Part shown: positions 44,084 through 51,286 of the stretch, one piece after another | Layout of the letters: each line of letters begins with the position of its first letter | How positions within the stretch are numbered: the stretch's first letter is position 1 | Origin: a virus | IMG/VR virus record: IMGVR_UViG_3300045988_108377 | Location: 1-64,000 of that record | Length of the DNA: 64,000 bases | Strand: one strand, 5' to 3' | Made by a program: the position numbers and the translations under genes | Notes under the pieces: model-generated | Told to the model about the DNA's origin: nothing | Seen by the model: only the letters and a program-made list of their open reading frames with translations | The model's database searches: none

Positions 44084-44473
44084 CTATTCGTCTTTTAAGT
44101 TCAACTTCTCCTGCCAAACTTGTTCATGGATATTGCCTATAATAACAGAATCGAAACAACGCAACGTTTCTCCTAATGATTTAACGCAATGAAGTTTTGC
44201 GCCATCCTCCTTCAGATAAAAGCCACCTGCGTCTTCATCCCATTCGACAACACCAACACACGGTCCGACATTCACCACGTCACCTTCATAAATTTCCTTG
44301 CCGTTCTTGTCTTTCAGCCCGGTATATTGCCCTACGGAATCTATATTTACACGAACCATAGCAAAATTCTTGTAGGCAATAAAGACTTTCCCATCACTAA
44401 ACTGCCTAAGGTCACCATTGTACCATTTATTGTTATCTAGTGACTTTCCACGAAATACTATCTTATGTTTCAT
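44084..44473 (-). CDS. YopX-family protein
   Basis: 129 aa. FRGKSLDNNKWYNG..., GQYTGLKDKNGKEIYEGDVV and IIGNIHEQ match the YopX pattern. Confidence 0.75.
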   Translation of the reverse strand: MKHKIVFRGKSLDNNKWYNGDLRQFSDGKVFIAYKNFAMVRVNIDSVGQYTGLKDKNGKEIYEGDVVNVGPCVGVVEWDEDAGGFYLKEDGAKLHCVKSLGETLRCFDSVIIGNIHEQVWQEKLNLKDE

Positions 44474-44508
44474 ACTAATCTAATGTCATAATCTATGCTT
44501 TATAATTC

Positions 44509-45159
44509 TTATTTATAGATGCGGATAAGACTAGGAATGCAGCAATCGTAATTTTTATATCCTGGTTCTACGTAGCTGACTTCGGGATTTTTATCACGCA
44601 TAGCATTTATTTCATCCAGGGAGTAAGGACCTACGCAGAAGCGGATGAAACCTATGTAAAGGAGAGAACCTTCGTTGTCGTAGCCAGCAAGACGGCCCAA
44701 AGAGGTTCCTTTCGCCTTACCTGCCGTAATCAGGACTTCACGACCTTGATAGAGAAGATAAATCTCCTTAACCGTCAGTCCGGAAAGATTCTCAAACACG
44801 GAATCAGCAGATGCATGCGTATTCTTCTGCTCCATCCTCTCCTCGATAGGTTCAACCTCCATTTTAACATGTAATTCAGATTCCTCACGCTCTCTCCTGC
44901 TTTTTAGAACGAAAAGCTTTGCCTTTCTCCAACTATCTGCCCAGCCAAGGAGCAAGAGGCCTACAAAGAAACCAGCCATCACTACGATGGTTGCCTCTAA
45001 GCAGCAATCGTATATCTCTTGCGATAGAACGCAGGGATGCGTATAGATATTCTTCAGCTTACCGAAGCCATAGATAAGGACAACGGCAAGGATGGGTACC
45101 AAAATCGCCAACAAGTTAACACCGATAACCTGGGCGTAATACTTCAATTTACTTTTCAT
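44509..45159 (-). CDS. membrane protein (two N-terminal TM segments)
   Basis: 216 aa. VNLLAILVPILAVVLIYGF and VVMAGFFVGLLLLGW, followed by a soluble C-terminal domain. Confidence 0.55.
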   Translation of the reverse strand: MKSKLKYYAQVIGVNLLAILVPILAVVLIYGFGKLKNIYTHPCVLSQEIYDCCLEATIVVMAGFFVGLLLLGWADSWRKAKLFVLKSRREREESELHVKMEVEPIEERMEQKNTHASADSVFENLSGLTVKEIYLLYQGREVLITAGKAKGTSLGRLAGYDNEGSLLYIGFIRFCVGPYSLDEINAMRDKNPEVSYVEPGYKNYDCCIPSLIRIYK

Positions 45160-45217
45160 AATCTTATTTTTTATCTTTTTGTTTTTCTGCCTAAATCTAA
45201 GTTCATAATTTTATTAT

Positions 45218-45328
45218 TTAAAATACGTCTTTAATATCGCACCCGGCTACTGCCTTATATTCTGCCTTGAGGAAAGCAATCTCATCTTTCAGACGTTTGA
45301 TTTCTGCGGTAGGCTGATGACGTTCCAT
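45218..45328 (-). CDS. small ORF (36 aa); coding-like frame continues upstream to the TAA of 45431..45949
   Basis: ATG at 45326-45328: MERHQPTAEIKRLKDEIAFLKAEYKAVAGCDIKDVF. The same frame is open and protein-like for 34 more codons back to 45430, in frame with the upstream gene's stop. It has no ATG/GTG/TTG start there. Confidence 0.3.
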   Translation of the reverse strand: MERHQPTAEIKRLKDEIAFLKAEYKAVAGCDIKDVF

Positions 45329-45430
45329 ATTCAGCTTCCAGTTGCGGTAGGCATAATAGTACTTATCACATAGCTTCAGCTCCTCATCGGTGTACTTTTG
45401 CTTATGCAGGCATGGCGCTCGTTTTACCTC

Positions 45431-45949
45431 TTATAGCTTACCATTCTCCGTAAGTATGATCAGTCCAGCATAATCAGGAAGGAGAGGAAGTAATTTCCCA
45501 CTAAGGTACCATGGTACGCAATAGTAGAAATAGTTCGGGCGGCGATGCTCTCTACGGAACACCTCCTGACTCTTGTAGTAGATATTCCAAGCCTTGCCAG
45601 CCTTCTCAATATGATAGTTAGGGTATGACTCATACTTCGACAAGGCTTTCTCGTCTATTTCTCTACGTACGAAAGTAAGAGGGTGCCACTCTCCTGTCTT
45701 CAGTAGTTCATGCTTCTGCCACTTGTGGGTGAAATCGTTCTTGAAATCGGCGAAGGAGATTTTGCATTCTATCTCATACCAATATCCGCTTCGGGTCTTG
45801 ATGAGCTGGTCGCTCTCCCAACCGAACACGTAAAGGTTTTCTACGATATACTTAGGGTTCGATTTCCAGCCGCGCAAATGCTGCTGAAGAAGCTGCTCTG
45901 TTATCTGTTCCTTTGTAAGAAGCGATGTTTGTTTACGCTTTATTCCCAT
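45431..45949 (-). CDS. PD-(D/E)XK nuclease superfamily protein (MmcB-like)
   Basis: 172 aa. ...VFGWESDQLI...YWYEIECKISFADF... gives a D...E.K catalytic pattern. Tentative family call. Confidence 0.5.
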   Translation of the reverse strand: MGIKRKQTSLLTKEQITEQLLQQHLRGWKSNPKYIVENLYVFGWESDQLIKTRSGYWYEIECKISFADFKNDFTHKWQKHELLKTGEWHPLTFVRREIDEKALSKYESYPNYHIEKAGKAWNIYYKSQEVFRREHRRPNYFYYCVPWYLSGKLLPLLPDYAGLIILTENGKL

Positions 45950-45987
45950 ATTATTTTTCCTTTCTCTTCTTGATGATGGTACCCTTT

Positions 45988-46170
45988 TCAGGGCTGTCGA
46001 TTGTACAGAAGGATTGCTCTGCCATGTTTCTGATAATATTCTTCACGCTCTTTCTTTTCGGTACAATTTAGATTTTTAAGAAAGACATCTGTACCTCTAA
46101 CCAAATCATGCAATTTTGTTCCTTGTGGCTTTCCTCTAAGGATAGCCGGAATTTCTGTTGTTTCATTCAT
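45988..46170 (-). CDS. small protein with KPQGTKL motif
   Basis: 60 aa, the first gene behind cassette M. IPAILRGKPQGTKLHDL resembles the N-terminus of 5165..6148. Confidence 0.5.
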   Translation of the reverse strand: MNETTEIPAILRGKPQGTKLHDLVRGTDVFLKNLNCTEKKEREEYYQKHGRAILLYNRQP

Positions 46171-46262
46171 AACTTGCTGAATTTAAGTGATTTATTATTA
46201 TTTGCACTGCACAAAGATAAGAAAAAGTTATCAAATACGCAAATTATTTTGCAATATTTTTA
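46171..46262 (-). promoter_or_regulatory. promoter-leader cassette, copy M (overlaps the 3' end of the upstream CDS)
   Basis: -7 box TATCTTTG at 46212-46219. It shares the subtype sequence GATAACTTTTTCTTATCTTTG with the switch-region copy at 56285-56320. Confidence 0.7.
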
Positions 46263-47023
46263 ATCGCATTTGATATTTTTCCTATAAAGCCATTTTTCTT
46301 AGTCTCCATAAGTTTCTTGATATATTGCAATCTGCCTTCATCGAAAGCTTTTTGTAAATCTTCTCCACTCATGGCCTTTTCCTTCATTTCGGATTTCTCC
46401 TTTTCTTCACGTTCCTTTCTGTCTACTTCCTCTTTGACGCAATAGTCATGGTCTCTATCTTTCAAAAATTCTTTGAATGCCACCAAAATCTTCTGAGGGT
46501 CTACAGAACCGTAGAAGATACCATATTGCCCTGCTCTAAGACGAGCACAGAACAGAATGAACTCTACCATCGTAAGTGTAGGAAACATGGTGAGTATCTG
46601 TTCGCCTACGGCTCTGAGCTGGTTAGGTGTGATTTTATTCTTGGCTCCCACAAAATCTGATACCACCAGCAAGTGCGCATTCATAAACGAGATTGCTGCT
46701 CCCTCGTTGATTGTTCCGTCAGAAGCATAAGTCGACGGATAAGCCTCATTTAAGATACAGAGTGTAGGTGACTTAATCAGCTCGCATTGGTCAACGGAAC
46801 GGCAAGCGCCACAGATAACATCCTGCAAATCTGTATTAAAGGAAGTCAAAAGGGTCGTAGCCTGGTAATTGTCTCTCAGGCTTTTGGCTTTCTGGCTTAC
46901 CTGCTTTGATCCATTGTTCTCGTTGCTCGTCAAGTTTCTTGACGTTAGCCATGATAGCTGCTCTCTGACGTTCGCTATCAAGTCTGTTTCTTTCTTGTTC
47001 TGTCGTGCAATTTGATTTTCCAT
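46244..47023 (-). CDS. hypothetical replication-module protein (start uncertain)
   Basis: 259 aa from the ATG at 47021-47023. Its first 62 codons overlap the 3' end of the initiator gene in another frame. Confidence 0.5.
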   Translation of the reverse strand: MENQIARQNKKETDLIANVREQLSWLTSRNLTSNENNGSKQVSQKAKSLRDNYQATTLLTSFNTDLQDVICGACRSVDQCELIKSPTLCILNEAYPSTYASDGTINEGAAISFMNAHLLVVSDFVGAKNKITPNQLRAVGEQILTMFPTLTMVEFILFCARLRAGQYGIFYGSVDPQKILVAFKEFLKDRDHDYCVKEEVDRKEREEKEKSEMKEKAMSGEDLQKAFDEGRLQYIKKLMETKKNGFIGKISNAIKNIAK

Positions 47024-48032
47024 TTCTGTTGTTTTTTATATCTTGAACTATTTCGTTATATTTCGATGTTATGTTGCTGATAGAAAAATTATCTATAATC
47101 CACTTCGTCTGTATCATACTTAGCAGTTCCTTGAATGCCGATAGCAGACTATCATCGTCAACACTCAAAGGTTTGGTCCTTTTTGTTCGGGAGTATTTGA
47201 TTTTCTTGAGCAGTTCTGAAAGCATCTTCATGTCTTTCTTTGAAAAATAATACGCCTCGCCATATTTGCTTTTATAGAAATCATCAAATGTTAGTCGTGC
47301 TCTGTAAGTCAAAGTATATTCTTCTTCCGAATTCTTCTTTGTAGGTTTCTTCTCTTCTGCTGGTGTTTCAGGAGTAAGAACGAAGTTGCTTTCCTCGCGC
47401 GTGCGTAACCCCATTTCTTTTTCTTTTTCTTTATTTGTTTCTTTTATAGGGGGTATGGGGGAAAGTTTTTCTTTCTTTGTTTCTTGTTCTGTTTCTTTGT
47501 TCTGTTTCTGAGGTGTCCTCTGAGGTGTCTCGGGGGTATTGTTAACATCTTGGTTATCAGTATACTTACGTGTCCTTTGAGGTGTCTCGTAGAATTGTGG
47601 TGTCCTTTGAGGTGTCCTTTGAGGTGTCTCGGGGGTATTGTTAACATCTTGGTTATCAGTATACTTACGTGTCCTTTGAGGTGTCCTCTGAGGTGTCTCT
47701 GTAAGTAAATATGATTGATAATCTGCAATACGAATGATAGAAGCTGCCTTTGTGGTTCTCACAGAAATTTTGCCACTTTGCTCTAAGTCGTTGAGGAAAG
47801 AGCATACTTTAGTTTTGCCCCATCCCCAACGTTTAGCCAATACACGTACTGATGTTGCTAATTCTCCTTGTTCTAAGTCAATGTTAATACCATTCAAGCG
47901 TAATGACTTACTTGCGTTTTCTGCAAGATTAATCAAGTCTATCCACGCATGAAATTTATCGTACTTATCATCTAAAAACAATTTTGACTCCAAGCATGAA
48001 TACTCGATTTTAATATAATCAGATTGCTTCAT
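46836..48032 (-). CDS. replication initiator / replisome organizer-like protein with internal iterons
   Basis: 398 aa with an N-terminal winged-helix-like region (...VLAKRWGWGKTKVCSFLNDLEQSGKISV). The central linker is made of TPQRTPQRTRKYTDNQDVNNTPE repeats encoded by DNA iterons. Lys/Glu-rich C-terminus. Confidence 0.6.
   Translation of the reverse strand: MKQSDYIKIEYSCLESKLFLDDKYDKFHAWIDLINLAENASKSLRLNGINIDLEQGELATSVRVLAKRWGWGKTKVCSFLNDLEQSGKISVRTTKAASIIRIADYQSYLLTETPQRTPQRTRKYTDNQDVNNTPETPQRTPQRTPQFYETPQRTRKYTDNQDVNNTPETPQRTPQKQNKETEQETKKEKLSPIPPIKETNKEKEKEMGLRTREESNFVLTPETPAEEKKPTKKNSEEEYTLTYRARLTFDDFYKSKYGEAYYFSKKDMKMLSELLKKIKYSRTKRTKPLSVDDDSLLSAFKELLSMIQTKWIIDNFSISNITSKYNEIVQDIKNNRNGKSNCTTEQERNRLDSERQRAAIMANVKKLDEQREQWIKAGKPESQKPERQLPGYDPFDFL
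47509..47700. repeat. iteron cluster, candidate phage origin of replication
   Basis: Seven copies of TGAGGTGTC(C/T) start at 47509, 47521, 47578, 47608, 47620, 47677 and 47689. They sit within two 66-bp direct repeats 99 bp apart (47521-47586 and 47620-47685). A T-rich tract at 47415-47508 flanks the cluster. Confidence 0.6.
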
Positions 48033-48043
48033 GGCTCATAAAT

Positions 48044-48502
48044 TTACCTGCTGAGGTATCGGGTGATAATAGCCTTGAATTCCTCAACACTACGACACAC
48101 TACATACTTGTTCCCGTATTTCTCACACGCTGCTTGCCATGCTTTTTGATCAGGTGTTTGGTAAGTAGCATTATGGTCGAAAGTCTTAGGACGCTTCATT
48201 TCAATATAGAGCGCACCATAACCGTGATTAGGTATTGCCAAGCAAATGTCGGCAACACCCCTCACAACACCCTCACGCTTTGCTCTGCCGCCCATTCTGC
48301 CAATTCTGATGCCTTCATTAGCTATGTGGAAGAGCATGCCTTCCTCGGCAAGTTTCGGGTACTGCAACTTGAACCATCTAAAGCATGATTGCTGTATCTC
48401 CGATTCAGTCTGTGTAACCGTTCTTGTTGATGGTGTCTTGATAAACTTTTCTCCTTTTGCTATTGCTGATAGTAACTGCTTGTTATATGAATTGTTAGCC
48501 AT
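48044..48502 (-). CDS. VRR-NUC domain nuclease
   Basis: 152 aa. ...QSCFRWFKLQYPK...GVADICLAIPNHGYGALYIEMKRPK (D...E.K) is typical of VRR-NUC. Confidence 0.7.
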   Translation of the reverse strand: MANNSYNKQLLSAIAKGEKFIKTPSTRTVTQTESEIQQSCFRWFKLQYPKLAEEGMLFHIANEGIRIGRMGGRAKREGVVRGVADICLAIPNHGYGALYIEMKRPKTFDHNATYQTPDQKAWQAACEKYGNKYVVCRSVEEFKAIITRYLSR

Positions 48503-48526
48503 GTTAAGTTAAATAGAATATTTTAA

Positions 48527-49798
48527 TTAATAATACGCATTTGTCAAGTATTTCCATTGACCTTCTATATACCCAATGTAGGCATACTCTCCTGGCTTAT
48601 TTTCGACAAGATGAAAGTTCTCAACTTCACCAAATCTCTCTACGTTTCCGCAGAGGTCTACGACCCAACCTTGTTTGCTTGGATATGGGCGAATAATTCG
48701 ACCGACCATTTGATAGTACAGAGATAACGACATTGTAGGACGAGCCAAGACGATTGTATCAAGTTCGGGGTAGTCGAAGCCGGTTGTCAGAATACCAACA
48801 TTTGCCAATACTTTAATTTTTCCGCTCTTGAAATCTCCGATTGTTTTCTCTCTGTCTTTCTTCTTGGTCTCGCCAGTGAGATAAGCACTATTTGGGATAG
48901 CCTTACATAAGGCTATACTCTCTTCCACAAACTTTGTGAACACCAAGATACCCTTTCGTTGTATGCCGTTCTTTGGATGAAGTAAGCGATTAACGATTTC
49001 AGCCAATCTCTCGGTGAGGTTACATCGCTCAAACTCATCACTTAACGATTGCTCGTCATAATCTCGACCTGTGCTGTTTATTTTAACTCGGCTAACATCT
49101 ACTAACTTTAGTTGCGAAAAGTACGTTAGACGAGCTAAAAATCCCTTTGTCAGCAATTCTTGTATGCTAACTTGGTAGATAACATCGTTGAACATTCTCG
49201 GTCTTGTGCGAGTAAGGAACTTTTCGATGCACTTGTTGGCGAGAATAACACCAGGCTTTGGCTCGTATTCATTCTTAAAATAATCGCTTTCCTTGTACGA
49301 CCCATTTGGCAAGAACTTACCTTTTGCAATGATGCCTTGCTGTGTATAGAGACGATATGGGGTAGCGGTGAAACCCAACACCTTACGTTTTACATGGGTC
49401 AGAAAATCCTTGTACATTCCACCTGTAGCATTGATAACATGGCATTCATCTACGATGATCGCCTTGAACTTATCGAACTCTTCCTTGTGATTGATGATAC
49501 TACCGATAGTTGCAAACGTTATTCTGTCTATGTTCTTGCTTTTGAGGCTCGCAGAATAGATGGCGCAGTCGGTCACTCCATAGCTTAGTAGCTTGGAGAA
49601 GTTCTGCTCCAATATCTCTTTCGATGGCTGCAATACCAACACATTTCCATCCAACTGCCGTGCGATGTCAGCAAGGATAATGCTCTTACCTCCGCCTGTA
49701 GGAACAACGATAATAGAGTTCTTCTTTTCTTTGGATTTGAAGAACCTTACTGCAGCGTCTGATGCTTCTTTCTGGTATGGTCTTAGTTCATATTTCAT
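48527..49798 (-). CDS. DEAD/DEAH-box SF2 helicase
   Basis: 423 aa. RPYQKEA, Walker A VPTGGGKS, DECH, TATP, and C-terminal helicase motifs (TGFDYPELDTIV, QMVGRIIR). Confidence 0.85.
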   Translation of the reverse strand: MKYELRPYQKEASDAAVRFFKSKEKKNSIIVVPTGGGKSIILADIARQLDGNVLVLQPSKEILEQNFSKLLSYGVTDCAIYSASLKSKNIDRITFATIGSIINHKEEFDKFKAIIVDECHVINATGGMYKDFLTHVKRKVLGFTATPYRLYTQQGIIAKGKFLPNGSYKESDYFKNEYEPKPGVILANKCIEKFLTRTRPRMFNDVIYQVSIQELLTKGFLARLTYFSQLKLVDVSRVKINSTGRDYDEQSLSDEFERCNLTERLAEIVNRLLHPKNGIQRKGILVFTKFVEESIALCKAIPNSAYLTGETKKKDREKTIGDFKSGKIKVLANVGILTTGFDYPELDTIVLARPTMSLSLYYQMVGRIIRPYPSKQGWVVDLCGNVERFGEVENFHLVENKPGEYAYIGYIEGQWKYLTNAYY

Positions 49799-49799
49799 A

Positions 49800-49937
49800 T
49801 TACTTCATTTTTGTTTCCTCTTCTATATCAATACCATTAGCGATAACTTTTATGATTACTACGGCAACGCAGAAGAGTAGGAGTAACATGATACAAGCTA
49901 ATATACCGATTATTCCATAGATAATGATTTCGTTCAT
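49800..49937 (-). CDS. mini membrane peptide (45 aa), paralog of 49934..50077
   Basis: Below the track cutoff: MNEIIIYGIIGILACIMLLLLFCVAVVIIKVIANGIDIEEETKMK. ATGA overlap upstream. The stop is 1 nt before the helicase ATG. Confidence 0.45.
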   Translation of the reverse strand: MNEIIIYGIIGILACIMLLLLFCVAVVIIKVIANGIDIEEETKMK

Positions 49938-50077
49938 ATTTTATCTTTTTTATATGGATATGGTGGCATATCTTTGCGATATACGATGATTAACACTATC
50001 ATAAAGATAGACACTACAACACTAAATGCTATCAATGCCAATATCAAATATCCGATTATGATAATGATTTCATTCAT
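49934..50077 (-). CDS. mini membrane peptide (47 aa)
   Basis: Below the track cutoff: MNEIIIIIGYLILALIAFSVVVSIFMIVLIIVYRKDMPPYPYKKDKI. Confidence 0.45.
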   Translation of the reverse strand: MNEIIIIIGYLILALIAFSVVVSIFMIVLIIVYRKDMPPYPYKKDKI

Positions 50078-50177
50078 ATCTATCGTTTCTTGAATAGTAA
50101 AGCAGTATTGCAAATAGTGCTAATACAAGCACTACTGCAATACTAATTAGAGTTAAGTAGAAGTACCAAAACCACAT
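50070..50177 (-). CDS. mini membrane peptide (35 aa)
   Basis: Below the track cutoff: MWFWYFYLTLISIAVVLVLALFAILLYYSRNDRYE. 8-nt overlap with the next peptide. Starts 6 nt after the upstream stop. Confidence 0.4.
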   Translation of the reverse strand: MWFWYFYLTLISIAVVLVLALFAILLYYSRNDRYE

Positions 50178-50183
50178 TTCTGT

Positions 50184-50678
50184 TTATTTGGCTTCTTCTT
50201 TGTCATCATTCTTCTCTTCGTTTTTGTCGGAAGGTGCATGATGTTCGAAGACATCATGGAGTTTGGTTTCATTCAAACCTACCACATCATAATCTATCAT
50301 GGTCTTGCCCATCACCTCATCAATATAACGGAGGGCACGGACGAGAGACTTAGCCTGAACAAGATAATTCACGTTGCTGCGCTTCTCACGTTCTGTCTTT
50401 TCGTCAATGGTAAAGAACTGGAGTTTAGCCTTATACCACTTGTCGTCATCATCTACATCACTGAAGAAGACTTCCTTAAAATTGGCTTGACCAAGGTTGC
50501 TTACCTTTAGTTCGCCACTTACGTAAACAGACATTTCTTCTATGATAGCATTCTCGGCTTCTGTAAAGCTCAATGCGTCAATCAAATACTGCTCTGTTAC
50601 GACTTTCTCACAACCATCTTCCATGGTCTTTTGGTAACGCACCTTGGTAGCGTACCATATTCCTGATCTTGCTCTCAT
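50184..50678 (-). CDS. DUF4494-like protein
   Basis: 164 aa. WYATKVRYQKTMEDGCEKVVTEQYLIDALSFTEAENAIIEEM matches my recollection of the DUF4494 pattern. Needs a profile check. Confidence 0.55.
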   Translation of the reverse strand: MRARSGIWYATKVRYQKTMEDGCEKVVTEQYLIDALSFTEAENAIIEEMSVYVSGELKVSNLGQANFKEVFFSDVDDDDKWYKAKLQFFTIDEKTEREKRSNVNYLVQAKSLVRALRYIDEVMGKTMIDYDVVGLNETKLHDVFEHHAPSDKNEEKNDDKEEAK

Positions 50679-50819
50679 TTTTAATCTGTATTATAAAGTT
50701 CTACAATGTAAGTTACTGAATTATTACCACCACCTTTTGCTATAGAAGCACAAATGCAAATGGATTTTTCCCTACCCCCCTAATCTGTCTATATATGAGG
50801 TCTAATTGATGTTCTGCTA

Positions 50820-51161
50820 TCATTTTTCAAAAATCTCTAACACAAAAGGCCGCAAGTCAAATCCTCCCACACCATGTGAATAAAAGGCGGTAAGTGTGCC
50901 GACCTTACTTTTTGTTGTGGGAGGAATCACTATATCCTTGAAAAGTGTAGGGTAAAATACTAGTCTACGTTTCATTGTTCCAAAAATCTTTGAATGCTTC
51001 TTTTTTCCTTCGGTAGGTTCTATTACGTTGACCTGATAACCGCATGAAGTACATTGGTAGTTATACTCCATAGCGCTTTCGTCACACTCTCTTTCGTGAG
51101 ATTCCGCTAAAACCATTTCTTTACCGCAATTAGGGCAAATTTGTTTCTTGTTCTGTTTCAT
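50820..51161 (-). CDS. zinc-ribbon protein
   Basis: 113 aa. CPNCGK...CTSCG. Confidence 0.55.
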   Translation of the reverse strand: MKQNKKQICPNCGKEMVLAESHERECDESAMEYNYQCTSCGYQVNVIEPTEGKKKHSKIFGTMKRRLVFYPTLFKDIVIPPTTKSKVGTLTAFYSHGVGGFDLRPFVLEIFEK

Positions 51162-51286
51162 ATATTACCATTACATGAGGGTATCTCTGATGTTGAGATT
51201 GTAGATGTGACAGTCCTGATACCAAACAAGGGCATTTTTTGCCAAGATTGCTCATGCTTTCTTTGTAGGCTACACCAACTAACAAC

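Noticed and set aside
47444-47728. Alternative-frame ORFs across the iteron region (47444..47728 minus, 47484..47708 plus)
   Set aside because: They are artefacts of the DNA repeats. The repeats keep several frames open, and the 398-aa initiator frame is the only one continuous with the flanking domains.
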